Below are positions 1 through 9,762 of a DNA stretch of 35,055 nt, piece by piece. The translations under genes and the position numbers were made by a program. Origin of the DNA: an uncultured Alphaproteobacteria bacterium (GTDB taxonomy: Bacteria; Pseudomonadota; Alphaproteobacteria; Rs-D84). Under the pieces are notes generated by a model that searched no databases, had not been told where the DNA came from, and saw only the letters and a program-made list of their open reading frames with translations. Location of the stretch: positions 1 through 35,055 of the forward strand of contig CAMOTP010000003.1 of NCBI GenBank assembly GCA_946625925.1, in the 5' to 3' direction. The number at the start of each line of letters is the position of its first letter. Position 1 is the first letter of the stretch.

Positions 1-461
1 TTTTTTCTTTTTCTAAATTCATCCAATGATACTACCCTGCCCTCGTCTGGAACGGTATTTTTATTTCCGTCCAATGGCAGTTCCATATCGTTATCTGCAG
101 ATTCGGGTTGTGTTTTTGGGTGAAATGTCAAAATAAAATCAACCGATGGATCTTTGAATTCAACCAATGCAGAAAAAGGAACGCGAATAAAAAATGGACG
201 ACCATCAAAAGTTAATTGAACACCAAATTCTTTGTCGGATACATGCAGATTATTATAAGAATATTGTAATACGATTGTCATAATATCAGGATAACGCATG
301 CGTAAAAAATCGGGCAATACTACACCAGGATCACGTGTTTTAAAAGTTATAAAGAAGTGCGAACCGTCCCCTAACCCGTTTATTTGTGCATAAACCAATG
401 CATCTTTTACAACAGATTTCAAAGCATTGTCTAACAATAGTTGATAATCAATTTGTGCCAT
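1..461 (-). CDS. sspB: ClpXP adaptor SspB, alphaproteobacterial type; 3' end runs off the window
   Basis: Missing from the ORF track because it has no stop in the window. Manual translation from ATG 461 (AAGGA SD upstream): MAQIDYQLLLDNALKSVVKDAL...GSHFFITFKTRDPGVVLPDFLRMRYPDIMTIVLQY...FKDPSVDF...VVSLDEFRKRKK. It has the HFFITF, YPxxMTIVLQ and C-terminal VVSLDxFRK motifs of alpha-SspB. Confidence 0.9.
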   Translation of the reverse strand, partial: MAQIDYQLLLDNALKSVVKDALVYAQINGLGDGSHFFITFKTRDPGVVLPDFLRMRYPDIMTIVLQYSYNNLHVSDKEFGVQLTFDGRPFFIRVPFSALVEFKDPSVDFILTFHPKTQPESADNDMELPLDGNKNTVPDEGRVVSLDEFRKRK

Positions 462-1548
462 TGTGTCCTTCTTTTCTATACAGTATATTATTTATCTCAC
501 CATTTTGGCAAGTGACAATTACAGCATCAGGAACATCAATAAAAGAATTTATATCTAATCCGGTTGCCCAAACTTGTGTATGTGTTTTATCTAATGATTT
601 AAAAATTCTGGCACGTGAATTGCTGTCCAGGTGTGCTGCCGCCTCGTCAAACAATACGATACAATTGCGATTTGTTTTTGTATATAACAAATTCGTGTGC
701 GCTAAAATTAAATCAAACAAAGCATTTTTTTGTTGGCCGGTACTGGTAAGTCTCACAGGTAATTTTAATTCGTTGTTAAACATGCCAAAATCTGATTTGT
801 GTGGCCCATCCAGTATCATTTTGTCGCCAATTAATTCACGTGTTTCGGACAAGTATTTGCGATATTCGCGTTCTGCTGCTGCAGCAGGCAGGCCGCCTAT
901 AATCATTTTTTCAACCAAACCATCCACAGAAACACTAAATTGATTTAAGAAATAATTAACTTCACCAGCATACTGAACGCGTGTCGCAGCAATCGCCACC
1001 GCCACAGCGGCTAATTGATTGTCCAATGCATCCAACCATTTTGAATCAGGACTGTTTTTTAATGCAAAAGCGCGTTCTGATAATAATCTGGCAAACTTTG
1101 CTGTGCGTCCACTGTGTGATGAATCAAAATTGTTTGCTAATCTATCAAAAAAAGCACGTCTATCTGCGGCAGAATCAACAAATAATCTATCTTCCTTTGG
1201 GGAAATCCACACAATGCGCAACATGTTTCCTAATTCGCCAAGTGTTGCGTTTTCATCGTTTATTTTTGCATGTCTGTTATTATCGCCAGGATTAAAAAAT
1301 ACACAGCAAGAATCCCCATCAATTGTTTCGCTAAAAACGGAAAAACCACCGTTGCCCGAAAAACAAGCTATATCACCCATGTCTGCACCACGCATACCCT
1401 TGTCCCCGGCCAGCATAGATACGGCTTCTAATATTGCTGTTTTTCCAGCGCCATTTTCACCAATGATAATGATGTTTTTTGCATCGTGCGTTTCAATACG
1501 CGATACTTTATGATTACGAAAATCTGTTAATGTAAGGCTTTTAATCAT
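448..1548 (-). CDS. recF: DNA replication/repair protein RecF
   Basis: Start MIKSLTLTDFRN, Walker A GENGAGKT, RRAFFDR, GPHKSD, STGQQK, Walker B LFDEAAAHLD. Start placed at ATG 1548 because the longer ORF (to 1620) runs through the tRNA. Confidence 0.92.
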   Translation of the reverse strand: MIKSLTLTDFRNHKVSRIETHDAKNIIIIGENGAGKTAILEAVSMLAGDKGMRGADMGDIACFSGNGGFSVFSETIDGDSCCVFFNPGDNNRHAKINDENATLGELGNMLRIVWISPKEDRLFVDSAADRRAFFDRLANNFDSSHSGRTAKFARLLSERAFALKNSPDSKWLDALDNQLAAVAVAIAATRVQYAGEVNYFLNQFSVSVDGLVEKMIIGGLPAAAAEREYRKYLSETRELIGDKMILDGPHKSDFGMFNNELKLPVRLTSTGQQKNALFDLILAHTNLLYTKTNRNCIVLFDEAAAHLDSNSRARIFKSLDKTHTQVWATGLDINSFIDVPDAVIVTCQNGEINNILYRKEGHNGTN

Positions 1549-1560
1549 AATGGAATTTTT

Positions 1561-1634
1561 TGGAGGCCAGGGTCGGAATCGAACCGGCATCCAAGGATTT
1601 GCAGTCCTCTGCATAACCACTCTGCCACCTGGCC
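1561..1634 (-). tRNA. tRNA-Cys (GCA), CCA encoded
   Basis: Reverse complement GGCCAGG-TG-GCAGAGTGGTTATGC-A-GAGGA-CTGCAAA-TCCTT-GGAT-GCCGG-TTCGATT-CCGAC-CCTGGCC-T-CCA: 7-bp acceptor stem, GCA anticodon, TTCGA loop, U73 discriminator. Confidence 0.97.
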
Positions 1635-1650
1635 ATCGACATGTGATTGC

Positions 1651-1679
1651 ATATTAAACAAAAAAAACAACCTTTGCAA
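1651..1679 (-). promoter_or_regulatory. Putative sigma70 promoter for tRNA-Cys-recF-sspB
   Basis: Minus strand TTGCAA (1679-1674), 17-nt spacer, TAATAT (1656-1651). Confidence 0.6.
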
Positions 1680-1725
1680 CATAAAAATTATGATAAAAAT
1701 CGTTATGTTTAACAGCTAATTTTTA

Positions 1726-1755
1726 TTGCAACGATTTATGTTTTTTTATTATACT
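1726..1755 (+). promoter_or_regulatory. Putative sigma70 promoter for the efflux operon
   Basis: TTGCAA (1726-1731), 18-nt spacer, TATACT (1750-1755), 18 nt before ATG 1774. Confidence 0.5.
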
Positions 1756-1773
1756 TTTCACAAGAGAGAATAT

Positions 1774-3096
1774 ATGAAAAAATGTAGTTTGCTTTTCGCT
1801 TTTATACCGTGCGTTGCATTTGGCGCTGATGATTGTGCAACGGTACGTAATGTCCCAGATACAACATTAACATTACAACAGGTTGTTAATTTTGGATTGT
1901 GTCGTAATCCACAAACTGCGGCTGCATATGCGTCATATCGTTCTGCACATTTTTCGAAAAATGCACAATATGCCAATTATTTGCCTAAAATTGATGCTCA
2001 TGCATCTGCGGGACGCAATCATCGTGTACATGATGATTGGGATTACAGTGGGTCGTTATCTGCATCTTATTTAATATTTGATTTTGGCAAAAGGTCATCT
2101 GATTTTGCAACAACGCTGGCTACATATCGGGCGGCCGGATTTGATTATGATGAAACTGTTCAAAATTATGTATATTCTGTAATTGGGGCGTATTATGAAT
2201 TGCTGAATGCAAATGCAAACGTCGAGGCCGCAGAATCCGCATTAAAAGTAGCAAAAACTGCCAAGGATACAGCAGATAAAAAATTCAAAGCCGGCGCAGT
2301 GGCCAAGGCTGATGTTTATAAAGCGGACACTACTCTCGCATCGGCTGAATTAAAATTGGAACGTGCAAAAAATAATCGTGAAATAAGCAAGGGAACATTA
2401 CTTACAAAATTATCATTTCCTGCAAACCAAGAAATAACAATTGCAGATATGCCGTCGTCATTTGGTTCTGATGCAGAAAGTGAAGATATTGATAAATTAA
2501 TTGAAATTGCACGTAAAAAACGTCCGGATTTGTTAAAGGCAACCGCAAATAAAGACGCGGCCTGGAACCGTCGAAATAGTGCTTTTTTGAAAAATTTACC
2601 ATCGATTTCTGCAACCGCATCTGTTGATATGCATGCAAAATCTGTTGGTGGATTGTTTGAGCATATGTCTGAACGTGCAGGCGGATCGGTTGGTATATCT
2701 GTATCTATGCCAATTTTTGCAGGTTTTGCTAATACATACAATGCACGCGCTGCGGTGGCAAATTATGATGCGGCTGTGGAATCAGAACGTTCTGTCAGAA
2801 ATAATGCGATGATGGATGTGTTTACCGCACATCAAAATTATAAAACAGCAAAAACAGTGCTTGAACAAACGAATTCATTGTTGAAATCTGCAATAGAAAA
2901 TGAACGTGTCACATCTGGTATGTACAAGGTTGGACGCAGTACAATGCTAGATTGGCAACAGGCACAAAGTGATTTAATTGATGCGCGTAATCAAAATAAC
3001 GCGGCAAAATATGATTTGTATGTTAAACGTGCAGCGGTTGCGCTGGCTATTGGTGACATACAATCAGGACTAGACGGAGAGATTGATGTTAAGTAA
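1774..3096 (+). CDS. TolC-family outer membrane efflux protein
   Basis: Signal peptide MKKCSLLFAFIPCVAFG, two OEP repeats (YLPKID...LIFDFGK and NLPSISA...MPIFAGF), YKVGRSTMLD motif. First gene before an adaptor and an ABC transporter. Confidence 0.9.
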   Translation: MKKCSLLFAFIPCVAFGADDCATVRNVPDTTLTLQQVVNFGLCRNPQTAAAYASYRSAHFSKNAQYANYLPKIDAHASAGRNHRVHDDWDYSGSLSASYLIFDFGKRSSDFATTLATYRAAGFDYDETVQNYVYSVIGAYYELLNANANVEAAESALKVAKTAKDTADKKFKAGAVAKADVYKADTTLASAELKLERAKNNREISKGTLLTKLSFPANQEITIADMPSSFGSDAESEDIDKLIEIARKKRPDLLKATANKDAAWNRRNSAFLKNLPSISATASVDMHAKSVGGLFEHMSERAGGSVGISVSMPIFAGFANTYNARAAVANYDAAVESERSVRNNAMMDVFTAHQNYKTAKTVLEQTNSLLKSAIENERVTSGMYKVGRSTMLDWQQAQSDLIDARNQNNAAKYDLYVKRAAVALAIGDIQSGLDGEIDVK

Positions 3097-4273
3097 ATTT
3101 AAACAATTTATAACTTGGCCTTGGCGACACAAATGGTGGTCGTTATTAATAATTATTATCGCGGCTGTTTTATATTTTATGTACGGTGGAACAGCGTCTA
3201 AAAAATCTGGTGCCAAGGGTGATTTTGTCACTGTTGATATTAAACGTGGTGATTTAGAACAAGTCGTCAGTGCCACTGGTGAAATTAGCCCAGTAAATAC
3301 GGTTAGTGTTGGTTCCCAGGTTTCCGGCACAATCGAGGCAATTTATGCTGATTTTAATACCCAGGTACATCAGGGCCAGGTTTTGTTAAAAATAGAACCG
3401 TCTGTTTTACAATCGTCCGTTGACGAGGCCAAGGCAGCATTGGATTCTGCAAAATCTCAGCGTAATTATGCAAAAAATGAATATGAACGTAATAAATATT
3501 TATACGAAAGTGATTTTATAGCACGTTCTACAATGGAACAATCTCTAACGCAATATGAACAAGCCGAGGCTTCTGTTGTGCGTGCACAATCACAATATGA
3601 TAAAGCGGTAACGAATCTGGGGTATGCAACAATTACATCACCTGTGGATGGTACGGTTATATCGCGCAAGGTTGATAAAGGTCAAACAGTGGCGGCATCA
3701 TTTCAAACACCAGATTTATTTGAAATTGCCGAAGATTTAACCAAAATGCAAATTGAAACGGCTGTTTCCGAGGCTGATATTGGTATGATTCAACAAGGAC
3801 AATCTGTCACATTTACGGTTGATGCATATCCGGGGAATACATTTAATGGTATTGTGCGTCAAATTCGTTTGTCACCAACAACCACATCTAATGTTGTTGT
3901 GTATACGGTTGTGATTGATGTTGATAATGAAAAACTGTTGCTTATGCCAGGAATGACAGCATTTGTGACGATTGTTGTTAATCGTGCCGAAGATGTCCTA
4001 TACGCACAGAATTCTGCGTTTTTGTTAAAATCTTTTGAAAATATAGATCCATCAGCGGCAAATATGTCTACGGCAAATCATCTGGCTATTTTGCGTGACA
4101 AGAAACCCGTAATTGTTTCGTATAAAAAAGGTTTGGTTACCGCAACAGAAACAGAAATAATATCAGATGAAATTAAATCTGGGGATAAAATAATTGTTGG
4201 TCGTATAGGCCAGGCATCGTCTTTGAAAAAATCTACAATGCGTGGGCGTCCAATGGGTGGTGGCCCAATGTAA
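3086..4273 (+). CDS. MacA-like periplasmic adaptor (membrane fusion protein)
   Basis: N-terminal TM, ATGEISPVNTVSVGSQVSG, ITSPVDGTVISRKVDKGQTVAASFQTPDLF, LMPGMTA. GGAGA SD at 3076-3080. Confidence 0.9.
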   Translation: MLSKFKQFITWPWRHKWWSLLIIIIAAVLYFMYGGTASKKSGAKGDFVTVDIKRGDLEQVVSATGEISPVNTVSVGSQVSGTIEAIYADFNTQVHQGQVLLKIEPSVLQSSVDEAKAALDSAKSQRNYAKNEYERNKYLYESDFIARSTMEQSLTQYEQAEASVVRAQSQYDKAVTNLGYATITSPVDGTVISRKVDKGQTVAASFQTPDLFEIAEDLTKMQIETAVSEADIGMIQQGQSVTFTVDAYPGNTFNGIVRQIRLSPTTTSNVVVYTVVIDVDNEKLLLMPGMTAFVTIVVNRAEDVLYAQNSAFLLKSFENIDPSAANMSTANHLAILRDKKPVIVSYKKGLVTATETEIISDEIKSGDKIIVGRIGQASSLKKSTMRGRPMGGGPM

Positions 4274-4287
4274 TCCAAGGAAAAATA

Positions 4288-5034
4288 ATGGCACAACAAC
4301 CAGATGTAATTTCTATGAATAAAATCTGTAAAAGCTTTCCCTTGGAAATTGGGGGCAGCCAACAGGTTTTATTTGATATTACATTGGATATACATGCAGG
4401 GGAATTTGTGTCAATAATGGGGCCGTCTGGTTCTGGAAAATCAACCTGTATGAATATCATTGGTGCATTAGATACTGCCACATCTGGGGTTTATAAATTA
4501 TATGGTCGTGATATATCGACAATGACTGCTGATGAATTAGCGACAATTAGAAATGAATACATCGGTTTTGTTTTTCAAAATTTTAATTTATTACCTAAAC
4601 GCAACATATTAGATAATGTGATGTTGCCACTGATGTATCGCGGAATGTCAATCCAAGATAGAATAATCAAATCGCGCGAAATGTTGAAATTGGTTGGATT
4701 AAAAGATTTCGAAACGTACTTACCCACACAATTATCGGGCGGAATGAAGCAACGTGTTGCAATTGCACGTGCATTGGCAGGAACCCCAAAATTGATTCTG
4801 GCCGATGAACCAACAGGTGCCTTGGATTCAAAAATGGGTAATGAAATTTTACAGTTCTTTAAAAAGTTAAATAAAGAACTGGGAATAACGATTGTCATGA
4901 TTACACATGAATTTGATATTGCAAAGTATTCTGACAGATTAATTCATATTTACGATGGACGTATTACATACGATGGAAAAATACCTAAATCAGAATCTGA
5001 TTTAATGCCAAAACAAAAAAGGAACACAAAATGA
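4288..5034 (+). CDS. ABC transporter ATP-binding protein (MacB/LolD-like)
   Basis: Walker A GPSGSGKS, IGFVFQNFNLL, LSGGMKQRVAIARAL, ILADEPTGALD, H-loop MITHE. Confidence 0.95.
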   Translation: MAQQPDVISMNKICKSFPLEIGGSQQVLFDITLDIHAGEFVSIMGPSGSGKSTCMNIIGALDTATSGVYKLYGRDISTMTADELATIRNEYIGFVFQNFNLLPKRNILDNVMLPLMYRGMSIQDRIIKSREMLKLVGLKDFETYLPTQLSGGMKQRVAIARALAGTPKLILADEPTGALDSKMGNEILQFFKKLNKELGITIVMITHEFDIAKYSDRLIHIYDGRITYDGKIPKSESDLMPKQKRNTK

Positions 5035-6248
5035 CCTTTAACGATATTTTAAAGGAATCTTGGCTGTCAATCAGTGGAAATAAATTGCGTTCGTTTTTGA
5101 CGGTGCTGGGCATTATTATTGGTGTTATGGCTGTGGTAATAATGGTTGCCGTTGGGGAAACTGTACAACAATCCATTACAGATCAGTTTTCGTCATTGGG
5201 TACAAATACAATTGTTATACGTGCTGGTGCCGCTCGTGTTGGTGGTATTCGTATGGGAAACAGACAAACATTAACAACCGATGATGCTGAATATCTGGCA
5301 AAATTACCAGATGTTGCTGCGGTCAGCCCAATGCAAAATAGTTCTGCCCAGGTTGTATACGGTAATAAAAATTGGTCGACATCATTGGTTGGTGTCTATC
5401 CAGATTATCAAATTGTTCAAAATGTCGAGGTTGAATATGGTGCTTTTCTGGATATGGATGCTGTAAAAAATGCGGCAACATATGCTGTTATTGGTCCTGA
5501 TACAGCAAACGAACTAGGAATGTCAAAAAATCCAGTTGGTCAAATTATAAGAATACAAAATACCCCATTTGTTATCATCGGTGTAACCAAGGCCAAGGGT
5601 GATTCTGCAATGGGCAGTGCTGATGATATGATAATAATCCCTATTACAACATTAAAAAAACGTCTGTCTGGCAGTCGTTTTCCAAAAGCTGTGCAATCGA
5701 TTGTTTTAAAATTATACCAAGATGCAGATAATAATATCGCAACTGAACAAATAACCGCTATTTTGCGTTCGCGTCACAGATTAAAAGATAATGAAGATGA
5801 TGATTTTCAAATTACAGATATGAAACAAGTTATGGAAACAATGAATACTGTTACAGGATATATCAAATTATTATTGGTTGCTATTGCTGCGGTTTCATTA
5901 CTGGTTGGATCAATTGGTATTATGAATATGATGTTGGTATCTGTGGCTGAACGTACACGTGAAATCGGTGTGCGAAAAGCAATAGGTGCCCGCGAAAAGC
6001 ATATAATAATTCAATTTTTATCAGAATCAGTTTTAATTTCTTTCATAGGTTCTATGACGGGACTTGTCCTTGGCGAAGGATTGGCCCAGGGTGTTGGGCG
6101 CTTTGTGCTGGGGTATAATGTACCACTCAGCATATGGCCTGTTGTTGTGTCTGTCAGTGTTGCAATTGTTGTAGGTTTGGCTTCTGGTGTTTTTCCTGCG
6201 ATTAAGGCAGCAAAATTAAATCCGATTGACAGTTTACGCTACGAATAA
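5031..6248 (+). CDS. MacB-family ABC transporter permease
   Basis: NKLRSFLTVLGIIIGV, large periplasmic loop, GIMNMMLVSVAERTREIGVRKAIGA, PAIKAAKLNPIDSLRYE. ATGA overlap with the ATPase gene. Confidence 0.95.
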   Translation: MTFNDILKESWLSISGNKLRSFLTVLGIIIGVMAVVIMVAVGETVQQSITDQFSSLGTNTIVIRAGAARVGGIRMGNRQTLTTDDAEYLAKLPDVAAVSPMQNSSAQVVYGNKNWSTSLVGVYPDYQIVQNVEVEYGAFLDMDAVKNAATYAVIGPDTANELGMSKNPVGQIIRIQNTPFVIIGVTKAKGDSAMGSADDMIIIPITTLKKRLSGSRFPKAVQSIVLKLYQDADNNIATEQITAILRSRHRLKDNEDDDFQITDMKQVMETMNTVTGYIKLLLVAIAAVSLLVGSIGIMNMMLVSVAERTREIGVRKAIGAREKHIIIQFLSESVLISFIGSMTGLVLGEGLAQGVGRFVLGYNVPLSIWPVVVSVSVAIVVGLASGVFPAIKAAKLNPIDSLRYE

Positions 6249-6296
6249 TAAAATCGCATCTGTGATTAAATTTGTGCGAAATAAAACAAACTAAAA

Positions 6297-7214
6297 ATGA
6301 CATATCTGATATTTTGTTTTGGATTGGTGCTTTTGATAACCGGTGGCGAGGTCCTGGTTCGTAATGGTGTAAAACTGGCACATAAATTGAAACTGTCGCC
6401 ATTGATGATAGGAATTATTTTAATGGGTGTTGGTACATCTTTGCCAGAATTATCTGCATCACTTAGTGCATTATTTGCGAATCCCCCTACCCCAGGTATT
6501 GCATTTGGTAACGTAATTGGTTCAAATATTTCAAACGTTTTGTTCATATTGGGATTATCAGCACTGATATCACCAATAAAAATAAATAACGAAAGTTTTA
6601 AACGCGATGGCTCTTTTTTAATTATATCGGCTTTGATGTTGGGATTGATAATGCTGTTGGGTCATCTAGATTCTATCATAGGATTGTTTTTCATATTATG
6701 TATATTTGGCTATTTTGCAATTTGCTATGATAAAGAACCCGAACCAGAAAATCTGCATTTAACCAAGACACAAGAACGTTCGGTTTTAACCTTGGGTTGT
6801 TTTGCTATATTTGGAATTGCATCAATTGTATATGGGGCAAATTTATTAGTAGATTCCGCCACAAAAATAGCAACATTGTTAGGAATACCACAAGCAACAC
6901 TGGGATTAACCATGGTTGCTTTGGGAACATCATTACCCGAATTAACTGTGTCTGTTGTTGCGGCCATGCATAAACACAGTGCTATTGCATATGGCAATGT
7001 AATAGGCAGTAACATTGCGAATATATTTTTAATCATTGGTGTTATGGGTATGGCGCGTGCAACCGATGTTCCACAACTATGGTCCAGTTATTTTATAATG
7101 ATTGCGGTCACAACTTTAATGTTAATATGCGGAATCATAGGTAAAATTCCACGTTGGACTGGGTTATTGTTTTTGACAGCATATGCCGCATACATATGTT
7201 TTTTGTTCAAATAA
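6297..7214 (+). CDS. Calcium/sodium antiporter (YrbG, CaCA family)
   Basis: Two alpha repeats GTSLPEL...GNVIGSNI, with about 10 hydrophobic segments. Confidence 0.92.
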   Translation: MTYLIFCFGLVLLITGGEVLVRNGVKLAHKLKLSPLMIGIILMGVGTSLPELSASLSALFANPPTPGIAFGNVIGSNISNVLFILGLSALISPIKINNESFKRDGSFLIISALMLGLIMLLGHLDSIIGLFFILCIFGYFAICYDKEPEPENLHLTKTQERSVLTLGCFAIFGIASIVYGANLLVDSATKIATLLGIPQATLGLTMVALGTSLPELTVSVVAAMHKHSAIAYGNVIGSNIANIFLIIGVMGMARATDVPQLWSSYFIMIAVTTLMLICGIIGKIPRWTGLLFLTAYAAYICFLFK

Positions 7215-8117
7215 ATCTTGGTATTTTGGCGAGTTTCTTATAATCTTGTGCATTTTTTCGCGCATTTCGTCCAATACAGGCGTATCACACCCCAATTTAC
7301 GTGCACGTACAATAAGTGTTTCGTATGCATAAATACCTTCGATGGTTCCAACCAATTCTTCGTTGCGTGCAATTGCTATACCACCGGAATAATTACGACT
7401 GGTTGGTGATGTCGCAGACAGGAATAAATCCCCCAAACCACACAGACCTGTAAATGTTTTTAATTCTGCCCCCAATGCCAATCCTAATTTAATAATTTCA
7501 TTACAGCAACGTGTAAAAATCAAAGCACGTTCATTTTCTGATTTTATAGTTTCATGAATATATCCAGCAATCAATGCCATAACATTTTTACCTACACCAG
7601 AAATTTGGGTTCCAATAATATCATCTGTCGCATCAAGATAAGATAAATTCAAGGTTTGCAGCCCTGCTTCCATAACCTTGGCGCTGGTACCAGCCAATGT
7701 TGAACCAGTAGGAATACCTAATGCTACCTCATGTGCAAATTGTGGTCCTGATAAAACACCAAAATCTGTGCATTTTGGTAATTCGCTTTGCAAAATTTCA
7801 GTCATAAATTCATGTGTTCTGCAATCTGCGCCTTTGGTACAAATGATAACAGGTTGTTGATTATAATATTTTGTGAATTTTTGTATTGTTTCACGAAAAA
7901 AAACAGCCGGTGTCACATTTAACCATAAATCAGCGTTTTTTAAATCTTGTGGATTTGTCACAACGGTTAAATTGTTTGGAATATCAATATTTTCAAAGTG
8001 CTTATATTCACCGTCAAAAGACCATAAAATAACGTTTGCGCCACCACGTGCGATGTTTATTGCCAGTGCCGTTCCCCATGCCCCAGCGCCAATAACACCA
8101 ACAGTTTTATAAATCAT
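7164..8117 (-). CDS. gpsA: NAD(P)H-dependent glycerol-3-phosphate dehydrogenase
   Basis: GAGAWGTALA, CTKG, LSGPQFAHEV, KNVMA, GLGDLFL...SRN, IEG motifs. Confidence 0.92.
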   Translation of the reverse strand: MIYKTVGVIGAGAWGTALAINIARGGANVILWSFDGEYKHFENIDIPNNLTVVTNPQDLKNADLWLNVTPAVFFRETIQKFTKYYNQQPVIICTKGADCRTHEFMTEILQSELPKCTDFGVLSGPQFAHEVALGIPTGSTLAGTSAKVMEAGLQTLNLSYLDATDDIIGTQISGVGKNVMALIAGYIHETIKSENERALIFTRCCNEIIKLGLALGAELKTFTGLCGLGDLFLSATSPTSRNYSGGIAIARNEELVGTIEGIYAYETLIVRARKLGCDTPVLDEMREKMHKIIRNSPKYQDLFEQKTYVCGICCQKQ

Positions 8118-9736
8118 TACTTAACCTTTTTTAATTTGTTTTCCAATACTGGCTTAACCGACAATCCGTCATCAGATAATTCAATGGCTCGCATATAAGC
8201 ATCGCGTGCTAATTTTTTATCACCAACCTCGGCATACATATCACCTAAATGTTCAAACAAAGCTGAACAAGAATTTGCAACTTCGCCTACCCTGTGCATG
8301 ACATCTAATGCAGCATCAACACCTTCGCGTGAACGAATAACATACCCCAATGTGTCCCATGTGCATGTATCTGCGGGTGCAAATTGGACCAATTGCAAAC
8401 TGTACGCATATGCTTTATCCAAATTTTCACCACGATTTGCCCAAATTCTGGCCTGGATGCTAAATACATCTGGATCTGGTTTTTGTAACAAAATGTTCGC
8501 AGAATTTACATCTTTTTGTGCAGTTTCTATATCATTAAAAATAAAGTTTGTTTCTGCACGCATTTTATACAAATATGCCTTGGCACCGGTTGAAATATCT
8601 GTATTTGCCAAACTTTTATCTATTGTTTTTAACGCACCACGTTTGTCACCCTTTTGCACTTGCCAACCCACCAGTTGATTTACCGCAGGCATAAACAAAG
8701 GTTGTGCATCAACTGCACGACGAACAGCCTTTTCATCTTTTGTTAATTCGGCTAAACGTAGATTCACAAAAGGATAATAAGGGCTGGTTGCGTCTATTTT
8801 GGAAAAATATTTATTATAATTTCCCATATTGGCCATCATATATAATCCAGAATGATAATTGATAGCATCTTCTTGGACTTTATTACTATCTGCCACGTTC
8901 TTGGCAAAATGTAATAATAACAAAGATAAATCTGAACGCGATATTGATTGTGTATGTGCCACAGTCTGCACTAAATTAAACGCTAATTGATTTTTGTATC
9001 CTGCATAAACAGACCAATCTGGTATTTCGTTATAATTCACCATGAACATACTACCAGGTTTTGTTGTAAATTTTGTTCGTAAAACATTTGCTTGATTGGT
9101 CAAATTATTATGCTTATAAAAAGACATCAAATACAAATAGTCGTTCATATTCATAAATTCAGGACGCACACCATTAAATGCATCAACGGCTTTTTGAATT
9201 TTGCCCTGCTCTGCATATATTTGGCCACGCAAGAATGATTGCCATGATGGATTGGTTTCTAATTTATCAATAAATTTCATGGTTTCTGTAATATGGTTGA
9301 TTGCGACACCTGACCAAATACGAAAAGGCGACATTAAACGCATATTATCTGATTTATGTTTTGCATAAATTTCGTTCCATTTACCATTTTTTGCCAAATC
9401 TGCATCGATAATAATACGCGAAATAAGTGTTTTTTGTTTGCTTAAACCCGATATATCATCAGGCATACGGCCATTCAAGAAATCAGTTAAAACACGAATT
9501 TCATCAACAGATTTATATTGCTTTGCGGCATCGTCGATTTCATTCAGAAACTCGCCCGCTTTATCAAAATTATTTGTGTATAAAGCGTGCTGTGCCGCCA
9601 AAAAAGCGCCATAACTGGTTGTTGGAATTTTCCCATATGTTTCCACATTTGGGGTCGTTGTGCCAAGTAAATGAATGGCCACCAAACCGGCAACCAAGCC
9701 ACCAGACACAAAAAAGAATGTTTTTGTTGGTTTCAT
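8117..9736 (-). CDS. Tetratricopeptide-repeat envelope protein
   Basis: N-terminal hydrophobic anchor, SYGAFLAAQHA, C-terminal TPR motifs WDTLGYV and FEHLGDMYAEVGDKKLARDAYMRA. Its stop overlaps the gpsA start by 1 nt. Confidence 0.75.
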   Translation of the reverse strand: MKPTKTFFFVSGGLVAGLVAIHLLGTTTPNVETYGKIPTTSYGAFLAAQHALYTNNFDKAGEFLNEIDDAAKQYKSVDEIRVLTDFLNGRMPDDISGLSKQKTLISRIIIDADLAKNGKWNEIYAKHKSDNMRLMSPFRIWSGVAINHITETMKFIDKLETNPSWQSFLRGQIYAEQGKIQKAVDAFNGVRPEFMNMNDYLYLMSFYKHNNLTNQANVLRTKFTTKPGSMFMVNYNEIPDWSVYAGYKNQLAFNLVQTVAHTQSISRSDLSLLLLHFAKNVADSNKVQEDAINYHSGLYMMANMGNYNKYFSKIDATSPYYPFVNLRLAELTKDEKAVRRAVDAQPLFMPAVNQLVGWQVQKGDKRGALKTIDKSLANTDISTGAKAYLYKMRAETNFIFNDIETAQKDVNSANILLQKPDPDVFSIQARIWANRGENLDKAYAYSLQLVQFAPADTCTWDTLGYVIRSREGVDAALDVMHRVGEVANSCSALFEHLGDMYAEVGDKKLARDAYMRAIELSDDGLSVKPVLENKLKKVK

Positions 9737-9762
9737 GATTTTTATATGTTAGAATATTTTTT

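Noticed and set aside
1549-1620. N-terminal extension of RecF (MVMQRTANPW...) in the ORF track
   Set aside because: It is the tRNA-Cys sequence read in frame; RecF homology starts at MIKSL (1548).
1561-7214. Efflux operon as a tRNA-anchored genomic island
   Set aside because: It lies on the 5' side of the tRNA, and I saw no duplicated tRNA 3' end or integrase.
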